IMG/VR virus record: IMGVR_UViG_3300037042_003348
Span: 3,965 to 67,964 of that record
Length of the DNA: 64,000 bases
Strand: one strand, 5' to 3'
DNA from: a virus
In this document: positions 37,161 to 45,615 of the stretch, piece by piece
How the letters are laid out: the number at the start of each line of letters is the position of its first letter
How positions within the stretch are numbered: position 1 is the first letter of the stretch
The notes under the pieces: generated by a model
Told to the model about the DNA's origin: nothing
Database searches by the model: none
The model's input: the letters and a program-made list of their open reading frames with translations, nothing else
Translations under genes and position numbers: made by a program

Positions 37161-37229
37161 TTTCTTAATCTCCTGTGTTTTTGACTGTTTTCGACTCAGC
37201 GTTTCCGCCGCCCCCCCGTGGGGACTTAC

Positions 37230-37258
37230 ATCTTATCGACCAGGGTCAACCGTGTCAA
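37230..37258 (-). promoter_or_regulatory. Strong sigma70 promoter of the early operon
   Basis: TTGACA-17 nt-TAAGAT on the minus strand; AT-rich upstream. Confidence 0.8.
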
Positions 37259-37596
37259 ATAGGATATTATCGGAAATCTATTTGGCACACTATCCAGAAG
37301 TGTGTTTCACCAATGATTTGACAGGGTAAACGCGATGGAATATATTTTTGGAAGATTATTCGGGATGTGGCATCCCCAAGCGTCCAAGGCGAGAGCACAG
37401 ACCAAGATGTCACCGTAGTCCACGCGGACTCGAGGAGTGATCGGTAAGCAGGCGGAAGCCTACACCACCGAGCGACGTGAGGGGGCGGCAATAGCCGGTT
37501 CGGGGCACTTGGAAGCGACATGCTAGCCAGGGCTGATGCAGCGTCGATAAACAAATGCGGTCATAGGAATCTTTGCGCTCAGAAAGGTACTTTACG

Positions 37597-38337
37597 ATGG
37601 AACAGTCACTCAAATCTCAAGTGTTCCAAAGGCTCAGCCGTGACGGAAGGTGGTCGGAAGCGTCGCTGATCAAGGATCGCTTGATCCGCGAGGCGAGGCA
37701 ACGAGGGATGGCGAGAGACGATGCCCACGAGGCAGCCTACCGGACGATCGACGCCATGTTTCCGCCGGCCGATCGTGCAACGCCAAGCAACGTAGCGAAG
37801 TCGACCTGCGAGGGGCGACCTGACGCAGTGCAAGCAGACGAGCTGCAGACCCTTCGAGTGAATACAGCCGAAGAGCTGGGGGACAACAACCAACAACCTC
37901 GAGAAGAGCACCTAGCGAGGCTGGGGGACAACCGATTTCTCGATGGTAGCCAACCTGCTGCGACGACGACCGGCGAGTCACGCGGGCGCGGCGAGTCGAC
38001 GGTGGCAGGGCTCAGCGAAATCCCTTCAGAGTGGCCCCAGCTGCCTCCTAACGCAAGCCTAGGAGCCGAAGTGGCCTGGGTACTGGCTAACCGGATCCGC
38101 GTCATCCGTGAGGACAGCGACGGTGCGGTGGTCGACCTGTCGAAGGCCTTAACCCCGGCACCAAGCTATGCAGCGCTGGGCTGGCTCGAGACCAGTATCC
38201 GAGCCTTCGCTAAGTTCGTTGATGTGAGTGCCAGAGCTTCAGCCAGTGGGCAGGATGATGCAGACAAGATCAAGCGTGAACGCATAGCGATCGCTGAGAT
38301 CCGCAGCCTGCTGGAGCAGATGCGTCAAGAGGCATAA
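37597..38337 (+). CDS. Hypothetical protein (terminase small subunit candidate)
   Basis: AAAGG RBS; helical; isolated, followed by a GT-skewed non-coding tract; TerS role inferred from position only. Confidence 0.5.
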   Translation: MEQSLKSQVFQRLSRDGRWSEASLIKDRLIREARQRGMARDDAHEAAYRTIDAMFPPADRATPSNVAKSTCEGRPDAVQADELQTLRVNTAEELGDNNQQPREEHLARLGDNRFLDGSQPAATTTGESRGRGESTVAGLSEIPSEWPQLPPNASLGAEVAWVLANRIRVIREDSDGAVVDLSKALTPAPSYAALGWLETSIRAFAKFVDVSARASASGQDDADKIKRERIAIAEIRSLLEQMRQEA

Positions 38338-38678
38338 CGTCCACCACGGTGGACGAACGTCAGATACGGTATACCCGATGTGCCACACCTCGAGGCGTGC
38401 TGTTTTGTGTGGTTTTCCCTGTGTTTCTGTGTGCTGCGTGTGTGCCACCCTATTTGATACTGTTGTGGGGCTGTGGTGCGTAGCTTGGTGGCTGCAACGT
38501 GTGTGTGCTGTGTATTCGTTGGTGATCGATGCGATGCGAAGCGGCTGCAGCCAGGGCGGCGGCCTCGAGGCTGCGAAACGAAGGCGAAGCGGCAGTCGAC
38601 CGGAAACCAACCCAGACCCCCCCGCCCCGCCACGGGACTCCATGACGATATCCACTTTTGGCGCTACCCATTTTTCTC

Positions 38679-38707
38679 TTGCGTCACAGGGGCTATCCTG
38701 ATACTAT
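38679..38707 (+). promoter_or_regulatory. Phage promoter family, copy 1
   Basis: TTGCGT-CACA-GGGGCTAT-CCTGA-TACTAT. Confidence 0.6.
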
Positions 38708-38762
38708 AGTGTTTGGGGTGGTTGTGTGGACGGTAGCTGCACAGGGCGTTGAGTTGGCGGTT

Positions 38763-38855
38763 GGAGCGGAAGCTAATCATGATGATGTATCCGACTGATT
38801 GCTGAGGAGCCTTGCACGAAGGTGTTAAATCTGGGTTCGATTCCTAGTCGCTCCA
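38763..38855 (+). ncRNA. tRNA-like element (acceptor stem and T-arm, no canonical anticodon arm)
   Basis: GGAGCGG/TCGCTCC+A; CTGGG-TTCGATT-CCTAG. Confidence 0.55.
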
Positions 38856-38888
38856 TTGTTTTCATTAAAGGGTTTTAACAGGAGATTG

Positions 38889-39164
38889 ATGATGGGTGTT
38901 GTAATGTTTGCGAAGGTGAGGTGTTATCAGCATGGCTTTCATGTGCCACCAATCGATTACGCTTTGAATGTTGGTCAAGTCGTTGGTTTCTTTCAGCGAA
39001 GTTTCAAAGATGACGACGAAAAGATGGTGTCATTCGTCGCCCTCGAAACCGCGAGCCGAAACCAGCTTGCGATCGAAGGTACGCTTGACGATCTGTTTGC
39101 CGCGTTCAAGGACGCTGAGGCTAGCACGAAAAGAGCTTGGGTGCCTTATATCCAAGGTAAGTGA
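38889..39164 (+). CDS. Hypothetical protein
   Basis: ACAGGAG RBS. Confidence 0.6.
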   Translation: MMGVVMFAKVRCYQHGFHVPPIDYALNVGQVVGFFQRSFKDDDEKMVSFVALETASRNQLAIEGTLDDLFAAFKDAEASTKRAWVPYIQGK

Positions 39165-39242
39165 CCGCCGGAAATCAATCCAGACCGGCCACACCTCTTC
39201 GGATATCGAGAATGTACCAGCGGAATAATTCCATGAAATAAC

Positions 39243-39271
39243 TTGCGTTGACGGGTCAATGTGGTTATGCT
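39243..39271 (+). promoter_or_regulatory. Phage promoter family, copy 2
   Basis: TTGCGT-TGAC-GGGTCAAT-GTGGT-TATGCT; contains palindrome TTGACGGGTCAA. Confidence 0.65.
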
Positions 39272-39283
39272 CTATGGTACGAC

Positions 39284-39412
39284 TGCCGCAGGGTCTTTAA
39301 GAATGATGGCCATCGACTACGCGAGTAAGATTGCAACTGAAAGCGAGACAGCATGTTATTGCGGAGTGGTTCACATCCATTCGCATGCAACTTGAAGATC
39401 CTGCGATTGGCA
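39284..39412 (+). ncRNA. Structured RNA with 14-bp closing stem and T-loop-like hairpin
   Basis: GCAGGGTCTTTAAG/CTTGAAGATCCTGC; GAGTGG-TTCACAT-CCATTC; T-rich tail. Confidence 0.5.
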
Positions 39413-39446
39413 CAAACGGTTTTGTTTTTTTACAAGGGGATTTGTT

Positions 39447-39668
39447 ATGTCGTCAGAAATGAAGCTTACTCCGTTCGGGTTCTTTCTCGGTTTTCTAGTG
39501 ACGAAAATGAACGTCAGTCCAGAGCAAGCTGTTGAGTTCTGGGATCTGCTTGGTGCGTTTGTGCTGGAGCGAGCTCAAGAGAACGATCCCGAGGCTAAAC
39601 ATGGTGCTTTGGTGTTCGATGGTGAGAACGGCGATGTTGTTGGTGTCGAGCCAGAGGAGGTGACATAA
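39447..39668 (+). CDS. Hypothetical protein
   Basis: AAGGGG RBS. Confidence 0.55.
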   Translation: MSSEMKLTPFGFFLGFLVTKMNVSPEQAVEFWDLLGAFVLERAQENDPEAKHGALVFDGENGDVVGVEPEEVT

Positions 39669-39907
39669 TGTCAGGAGCTGAAATCATGAATTTGTCGAAA
39701 ATAATCTCGAAGCTTGAAAAAAACGAAAGCGTCAAGTTCGTTGGTCAGGTAGATGCGATTCGTGTTGTGGTTAAAAAGGGCGACCATCCAAGAAACAACA
39801 AAACGATAGCGTTATCAATTCGCAGAAGCGACATCGAGCAATGTGCGATGGATGTTATCGAATTGGAAGTCGAGCGTGCTCTCGAAATGATTAGGACCAA
39901 ACGCTAA
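39668..39907 (+). CDS. Hypothetical protein
   Basis: GGAGGTG RBS; TAATG coupling. Confidence 0.6.
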   Translation: MSGAEIMNLSKIISKLEKNESVKFVGQVDAIRVVVKKGDHPRNNKTIALSIRRSDIEQCAMDVIELEVERALEMIRTKR

Positions 39908-39994
39908 AGCCGGTCCTGCGCAGCTCCATCGTGTACGCCGGATCCGTTTGGTCGATCGACTGATTTAACGCAACGACAACGAAAAGGTTGGTAA

Positions 39995-40327
39995 ATGTCG
40001 GAAAAACGCAAACCGGAACTGGTTTTTGATGCCTACTATCAAGGCAATAATAGGAGTACTCGAAGCAAAGTCATTAAGGTTGAGCTGTTTCGCGCCGAGC
40101 AGTGGTCCGATCGAGCTGCTGCTTTTGGAGAGGGTAGATCAACAGGTTTGCGTTTTTGGGAGACTCGAGGCGATGTTTATCGTATCCGAGTGAACGGCAA
40201 GTGGTACAAGCCAAAAGGTCAGCAGCAAACGTTGACGATTTCGGAGTTCTTCTCGCTGTTTAGGCGATCAATTATTGCAGCTAGGACGAACGAGCGGAAA
40301 AAAGACCGTAAGTCAAAAAAGAGCTGA
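39995..40327 (+). CDS. Hypothetical protein
   Basis: AAGGT RBS. Confidence 0.55.
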   Translation: MSEKRKPELVFDAYYQGNNRSTRSKVIKVELFRAEQWSDRAAAFGEGRSTGLRFWETRGDVYRIRVNGKWYKPKGQQQTLTISEFFSLFRRSIIAARTNERKKDRKSKKS

Positions 40328-40380
40328 CGCAGTGTCGGCAGATGTTTCGGTGTGTTTCACGATATTTTGGGAGGTTGGCA

Positions 40381-40686
40381 ATGTTGGATATGAGATTGTG
40401 GTCGGAACGTGTTCACCAATGGGCGATCGATCGCAACTTGGTTGGTGGCTCAACACCGAAGGATCAGATATCGAAGCTCGAAGAAGAAGTAGATGAGCTT
40501 ACCGAAGCGATCTATGCTGGCGACACAGCCGAGATCGTGGACGCGATTGGCGACATCCAGGTGGTTCTCGGAGTGATGTGCGCTCAAATGGGCCTCGACA
40601 TCGATGCATGCAGGGAAGCAGCTTGGAACGAGATCAAGGACCGCACTGGCAAGATGGTTGATGGCGTATTCGTAAAGGACGCTTAG
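40381..40686 (+). CDS. MazG-like nucleotide pyrophosphohydrolase
   Basis: 'WAIDRNL..QISKLEEEVDEL..DAIGDIQVVL..AWNEIKDRTGKMVDGVFVK'; GGAGG RBS. Confidence 0.85.
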   Translation: MLDMRLWSERVHQWAIDRNLVGGSTPKDQISKLEEEVDELTEAIYAGDTAEIVDAIGDIQVVLGVMCAQMGLDIDACREAAWNEIKDRTGKMVDGVFVKDA

Positions 40687-40938
40687 ATGCCCAGGAAGCC
40701 CAAACCGGTTAAGCCTAAGAAGACGTGTGTCAAGTGCAACGAGTATTTTGCGGTTAACGACGAGAAGTATTGCAGCAGCTGCCGAGCGGAAGTTTTGAAA
40801 AAGATGAAGGACGAGGGCTACCTTGCAAGTCCTGTTATTCCTGTGGCGGTTAACCGAGAGAGGCGTGATCGTTCTCAAAGAAGCACAAACACTGTTGGTG
40901 GCACTTCGGAGATGAACCAAGACGGTGATGATTGGTAG
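40687..40938 (+). CDS. Hypothetical Zn-ribbon protein
   Basis: CVKC..YCSSC. Confidence 0.55.
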   Translation: MPRKPKPVKPKKTCVKCNEYFAVNDEKYCSSCRAEVLKKMKDEGYLASPVIPVAVNRERRDRSQRSTNTVGGTSEMNQDGDDW

Positions 40939-40997
40939 CGAAGTTATTGCGGTTTAGCAATTAACAATAAGATTGGCATTTAAGGGAAGGTGTTTTG

Positions 40998-41498
40998 ATG
41001 AGACAGGAAAAGATGGTTAGTAGGGATGAAGAGCATGACTTGATTGTGAAGCTCAAGGACAAGCTTCAAGAGGTTGGTTTTAACGCATCCAACTCAACGC
41101 TCGTGGCTGTGTCGTCCGACTACTCGTCAATCGCTTGGCAGGTCTTGCGTCATCAGCTCAGTTACGATGGCGAGGTTTGTGATGGCTTTACGGTGGATGT
41201 TCCTTACCCAGACCAGGAGTGGACCCGAGATACTTCAAACAAGATCCTGAACGCATGTTTGGGGGTCGAGTTCAAAAAGAACTTGATTTTGATTGAGGCC
41301 GGCGTGATTCGTGGAAGCAATTACAGAATGTTAAGTAAATTGCTTTCATTTCATTACCCAGATCAAAAGGTCGTCACAGCAACGCTGTTTGAAAACGTTC
41401 TGTCGGCGTTTAAGTCAGACTTCGTTGCCGAGTATTACGACGACATCGTGTCAGATTTGACGTTTTGGTGGGAAACCTACAACAACCATTGGAAGTAG
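40998..41498 (+). CDS. Type I phosphoribosyltransferase-like protein
   Basis: Divergent PRPP-loop 'LILIEAGVIRGSN'; 'VVTATL..SDF..FWWE' resembles the Gpt-like C-terminus. Confidence 0.55.
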   Translation: MRQEKMVSRDEEHDLIVKLKDKLQEVGFNASNSTLVAVSSDYSSIAWQVLRHQLSYDGEVCDGFTVDVPYPDQEWTRDTSNKILNACLGVEFKKNLILIEAGVIRGSNYRMLSKLLSFHYPDQKVVTATLFENVLSAFKSDFVAEYYDDIVSDLTFWWETYNNHWK

Positions 41499-41600
41499 TG
41501 CGAAAATTGCTTTTCGTTGACAATTCGTTTATGCTTGCGGCTGCTTTCATCGCGATTGAAGCGAGAATTTGCGTTAGCGACCTCTCTGGAGTAGCGTTAA

Positions 41601-42473
41601 ATGGCAGCGTCGAAAACAAAGCGGGATGTCATTGAGCACGTTGGTCGGAATAGCACGGTAGTCACGTTTGACGATATTTCTGAAGGATGGGAGAAGTGGC
41701 TTCTTCTTCGAACGGACGCACACCACGACAACCCGAAGTGCGATCAGGCAATGGAAAAGAAGCACTTAGATCAGGCAATGGAGTACGACGCCTTGATCAT
41801 CGACAATGGCGACTTGTTTTGCGCGATGCAGGGCAAATGGGACAAGCGAAGTTCCAAAGATGCGATTCGCCCCGAGCACCAGCGTGGTGACTATCTGGAT
41901 TCGTTGGTGAATACGGCAGCTGATTTTTACAAGCCGTACGCTAAAAACTGGCTTTTGTTCGGTCGTGGCAATCACGAAACTGCAATTCGCAAGTCGCACG
42001 AAACCGACCTCACCGACAGGCTAGTTGATCGCATGAGGCAATATGGCTCACCAGCTTTGGGTGGAGGCTACGGAGGCTATGTTCGTTTTCAGTTTACTAT
42101 TCACAAGTCAACCAGGACAAGTCGTGTCTTGCACCACTTCCACGGAGCGGGAGGTGGTGGTCCCGTTACGCGAGGTGTGATCCAAACAAACCGAATGGCC
42201 GTCGTCCACCCAGACGCTGACATTATCTTCACTGGCCATACACACGACGATTGGTACGTTCCTATCCAAAGGCAAAGAGTTAACGACTCAGGAAGGATTT
42301 ACCAAGACACGCAGCACCACATTCGAGCAGCTGGCTACAAAGACGCTTGGGAGGATGGAAACTGTGGCTGGGAAGTTGAGCGAATGATGATGCCAAAGCC
42401 CAAAAGTGCAGTTTGGCTGCGTTTTTATTACGAGGCGAGAGGAATAAAAATCGAACTACAGAGGGCAATATGA
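41601..42473 (+). CDS. Calcineurin-like metallophosphoesterase
   Basis: DxH, NGD, GNHE, HG and GHTH motifs. Confidence 0.85.
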   Translation: MAASKTKRDVIEHVGRNSTVVTFDDISEGWEKWLLLRTDAHHDNPKCDQAMEKKHLDQAMEYDALIIDNGDLFCAMQGKWDKRSSKDAIRPEHQRGDYLDSLVNTAADFYKPYAKNWLLFGRGNHETAIRKSHETDLTDRLVDRMRQYGSPALGGGYGGYVRFQFTIHKSTRTSRVLHHFHGAGGGGPVTRGVIQTNRMAVVHPDADIIFTGHTHDDWYVPIQRQRVNDSGRIYQDTQHHIRAAGYKDAWEDGNCGWEVERMMMPKPKSAVWLRFYYEARGIKIELQRAI

Positions 42474-42769
42474 GCTTGCGATCGCTGTCGCATAGACTGC
42501 GGAAGCGATTTCCCAACGTCCTTGTTAAGGTTCGTCGCGTCAAGATTACGGACAGCGTGTTCGCCACCACCGAATACGTTGACACCGAGACAGGCTTTTT
42601 GATTTTAATCGACAGAGAGCTGCGAGAAGACTTTGCTGCTTTCATTCTGGCACACGAGTTTGCCCACGTTGTCGATCGCTGCCACACAAAAAAGGATGTG
42701 CATGGGCCAACATTCTGGCAAGCCTACCAAGATTGTTTTCAGGTTTATATTGACTGGTGCCGAGAATAG
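42470..42769 (+). CDS. Small zincin metallopeptidase-like protein
   Basis: 'LAHEFAH..HGPTFW'. Confidence 0.7.
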   Translation: MSLRSLSHRLRKRFPNVLVKVRRVKITDSVFATTEYVDTETGFLILIDRELREDFAAFILAHEFAHVVDRCHTKKDVHGPTFWQAYQDCFQVYIDWCRE

Positions 42770-42774
42770 TCCTC

Positions 42775-42802
42775 TTGCGTCGGCGGGGCAATGCTGTACA
42801 AT
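42775..42802 (+). promoter_or_regulatory. Phage promoter family, copy 3
   Basis: TTGCGT-CGGC-GGGGCAAT-GCTG-TACAAT. Confidence 0.65.
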
Positions 42803-42811
42803 TTTCGAAAT

Positions 42812-42949
42812 GGATCGTTGGCGTGTGTGAAACGCGGCATAACGGCAATGCCAAATCTCGCAATCGCATCGGAGCTGTAGGACACGACGCAGCAATGAGC
42901 GGTGCCATCGTGAAGCGAGAGTGATCAGGTTCAAATCCTGAACGATCCA
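42812..42949 (+). ncRNA. tRNA-like RNA with ~70-nt variable-arm insertion
   Basis: Acceptor GGATCGT/ACGATCC+A; D GCGT/ACGC; GGCAT-AACGGCA-ATGCC; T TCAGG-TTCAAAT-CCTGA; insert closed by CTCGC/GCGAG. Confidence 0.65.
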
Positions 42950-42979
42950 TTGAGTTTACTTATCAAAAGGAGATTTAGC

Positions 42980-43330
42980 ATGGCAATTGAACTCGACAAG
43001 CAGTACAAGACGCGCGGCGGACGCGATGTCAGGATTTACGCAGTGGATGGAGGTGGTGGTTATCCTGTTCATGGCTCTTATAACATTGGTGCTGGTTGGC
43101 AAACTGCTGCATGGACAACTGAAGGGTTTTTTGCAAATGTTCATGAACTTGACCTCGTTGCAGTCAAGCCACGGATCCAGCGTACTTATTGGGTAAACAT
43201 TTACCCAAAGAAGGACGTTGAGAATTTTTGGGATAACGAACGGATGGCTAAAGAAGCAGCGACCTTGGGAAGTGCGCTCGCTCGCGTCAAAATCGACATC
43301 GACGTTGAAGAGGGCCATGGGTTAGAATGA
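42980..43330 (+). CDS. Hypothetical phage protein
   Basis: AAGGAG RBS; 'YKTRGGRDVRIYAVDG..YPVHG..WTTEG' common phage motif. Confidence 0.7.
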   Translation: MAIELDKQYKTRGGRDVRIYAVDGGGGYPVHGSYNIGAGWQTAAWTTEGFFANVHELDLVAVKPRIQRTYWVNIYPKKDVENFWDNERMAKEAATLGSALARVKIDIDVEEGHGLE

Positions 43331-43375
43331 CTGAACAGCATCGTTTGCCGAGGGCTTATTAAATATCGGCTGCAC

Positions 43376-43448
43376 ACGCACCAATGTTCCAAGGCTGGCG
43401 AGTTGGTTTCCAAAACCGACTGGCAGGGTTCGATTCCCTGGGGGCGTG
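43376..43448 (+). tRNA. tRNA-Trp (CCA)
   Basis: Acceptor ACGCACC/GGGGCGT (one mismatch), discriminator G; anticodon arm TTGGT-TTCCAAA-ACCGA; T CAGGG-TTCGATT-CCCTG; weak D-stem; no encoded CCA end. Confidence 0.75.
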
Positions 43449-43484
43449 CTGGTTTGTTTCGATACTTTTTCGCGGAGCGATAAG

Positions 43485-43718
43485 ATGAAAAGTTTTGTAC
43501 TGGCGATGTTCATCGGTTTACTCGGTAGTAAATCTACCTGTTTCGGTGATTGCCCGAATGGCACATGCCCACGTCCCGTCAAGGAAGTGGTTCAGAAGGC
43601 CGCTGTTGTTGTCGTAACTCCAGTGAAGCATGTTGTTAATACAACAACGAAGGCTGTTGACATCGTGTCAACCCAACGCCCTGTACGACGTTTCTTCCGA
43701 AAGCTGCGTTGCCGATAA
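43485..43718 (+). CDS. Small secreted Planctomycete-type peptide
   Basis: Signal peptide; GDCPNGTCP; C-terminal RPVRRFFR. Confidence 0.65.
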   Translation: MKSFVLAMFIGLLGSKSTCFGDCPNGTCPRPVKEVVQKAAVVVVTPVKHVVNTTTKAVDIVSTQRPVRRFFRKLRCR

Positions 43719-43969
43719 TGCACGAGCCTAATGTTCAATGGCTGTTTGATCAAATGCGCAACGCCACCAATGTTGGTGCGTTGCTGACCATCCAAACGAT
43801 CATCAAGCTTGAATTCGAGTCGAAAGAAGCCTACACCAAAGATGCAGAGTTGATGCAACAACTGCGCGACTGCTGGAAGAACCAGAACGCTCGCTTGGCC
43901 GAAGAAGCGATCTCGCAAGAGAAGTATGGCGAAGCTCGGGATGATTCCAAAGAAAGGTTTTCTGTTTAA
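43718..43969 (+). CDS. Hypothetical protein
   Basis: TAATG coupling. Confidence 0.55.
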   Translation: MHEPNVQWLFDQMRNATNVGALLTIQTIIKLEFESKEAYTKDAELMQQLRDCWKNQNARLAEEAISQEKYGEARDDSKERFSV

Positions 43970-44246
43970 TGAATGCGCACGACATTACCAATTTGATTGT
44001 GCAGAAGTTTGGCGGGAATCGGGTCAAGTTTGACGTGGTTGAGAAGCAGTATGTTGACTTTGTTTTAGGACACAACCCCTACCAATGCGGATTTAACTTT
44101 AAGCTACAGAGGGTTCTAGTTCTTCGGTCGTGAGGCGCAATTGGTTCGAAAACGATGCGCAAATGAGCGCAAGCGACTTGCTGACAGCGCTTCATGCTTT
44201 GATGGCCGTGCCTAAGGACGACTTGCTTCATGTGGTTACGGAATAG
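43969..44246 (+). pseudogene. Hypothetical gene apparently frameshifted near 44127
   Basis: MNAHDIT..RVLVLRS* continues plausibly in the -1 frame as VVRRNWFEND..VVTE*. Confidence 0.4.
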
Positions 44247-44286
44247 AAAGTTGCTATGGACGCGATCAATAAGGCAATTAAGTAAC

Positions 44287-44583
44287 ATGGTGACACTCGA
44301 AGACTTGCGAAACTTCCAGACCGAGCTAGAAGCTGAGTTCGGATCTGGAACGACAGTGGCTTACGCAAACGTCTGCATGGGGCAATTGTCGACGGCTAGG
44401 TGGTTCGGCGGGGCTAGCGTGGCAGGCCACTTATGCGTTTACAACCCTGCCGATGATTCGCTTATTCGCGAAGATGTGGTCAAATGGGTGGTGGATCGAA
44501 AGAACACACTCAAAGACGAAGAAAGACACGTTCCATGCCAGCAGTTGCTACCATTCGACAAATCGCTTACCAAGCCTTCCTGA
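44287..44583 (+). CDS. Hypothetical protein
   Basis: 'NVCMGQLSTARWFGG..YNPADDSLIREDV' phage motif. Confidence 0.6.
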   Translation: MVTLEDLRNFQTELEAEFGSGTTVAYANVCMGQLSTARWFGGASVAGHLCVYNPADDSLIREDVVKWVVDRKNTLKDEERHVPCQQLLPFDKSLTKPS

Positions 44584-44783
44584 TCTGCCTAAACGATCGT
44601 GAGCTATTTAGTAAGCTAGTTCGTGCAGATATTATTGAACTTGGTTACAGTAAGATCATTGTGTCGCTAGTGAATCGAATGGCTTTGATGCTGTTCGATC
44701 ACTGGATGACCAATGGTGTTGAAGCAAATTACCTTCCAGCAGAATTTCTGGAACTTTACTCAGCCGCTTTCCAGGATGATTGA
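44535..44783 (+). CDS. Hypothetical protein
   Basis: Operon position; protein-like composition. Confidence 0.45.
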   Translation: MPAVATIRQIAYQAFLICLNDRELFSKLVRADIIELGYSKIIVSLVNRMALMLFDHWMTNGVEANYLPAEFLELYSAAFQDD

Positions 44784-45081
44784 CACCTTGTCAGTAGAAA
44801 CAACAGATATTGATGAACTTGCGGAGTGGCACCGGAACAAAGCCAAAGCAATAAGAGGTCTCCTGCGTCGGTGCGACCTGGGGGAAAAAGAACTGGAGGC
44901 TTATGACTTCCATTCTGACGCTGCCAAACTGGTTGAGTCGTTCTCTTGCATCTACCAGCAACGCAGGCTCGCTGAAGCCCAACGTAACGTGCTTGAGAGG
45001 GCGATCGTCTCGTTCGAACAGACGGCAAAAATTTTGCTGATTGATTCGAAGGACTTAAAAAAGTTCGTCACTGATCTGTAG
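44776..45081 (+). CDS. Hypothetical protein
   Basis: Overlaps upstream stop; helical composition. Confidence 0.5.
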   Translation: MIDTLSVETTDIDELAEWHRNKAKAIRGLLRRCDLGEKELEAYDFHSDAAKLVESFSCIYQQRRLAEAQRNVLERAIVSFEQTAKILLIDSKDLKKFVTDL

Positions 45082-45087
45082 TGACAC

Positions 45088-45116
45088 TTGCCAGCCAAGA
45101 TCAACTTGGCTAAGAT
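45088..45116 (+). promoter_or_regulatory. Promoter with palindromic spacer (operator candidate)
   Basis: TTGCCA-17-TAAGAT; AGCCAAG-ATCAA-CTTGGCT. Confidence 0.6.
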
Positions 45117-45120
45117 TTAG

Positions 45121-45615
45121 GTGCTGAGTGGAATCAGCATGTAAGAGCAGAATATAGATCATCAATACTCGCCTTCGGGCGTGTCTATGTGCTTGCTCTT
45201 GCACAACCGCTCACCCCCCGATTCCACACCTGGGGGTTAGCACGTATTTGGGGCATGAGTGTAATGACGGGCAACCGTCGCTTATGCCAGCAATCGTTTG
45301 AGCTAATTGCCCAATCTGTGGAAGACCGCCAATGTGCATGGGAACGAGTCTGGGAAGCGCCCTGTGGCGTGGATCTTGCTCCTAACCTCAAGGGTCGTAC
45401 AGGAGCAACAGGCTGACGGTGGGTGGACGCGAGCAAAAGGGAACGGTGATCTGTCTTGTCTACCTTGGTAGACAAGACTTTAAGCGGCGCAGGCCGATCA
45501 CTCTTACCAGAGCTAAATAAACCCGTTGGTCAGTACCAGGAAGAAAATTCCTGGTTTTCGGCAAGTAGCGAGATTGCTTATCCTTATATGGGCCTGGGGT
45601 GCGCAAAAAACGCAC
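45121..45615 (+). ncRNA. Candidate long structured non-coding RNA
   Basis: Many stems; GTGGAATC/GATTCCAC complementarity; perfect 12-bp inverted repeat at 45453-45478; no convincing ORF. Confidence 0.45.
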
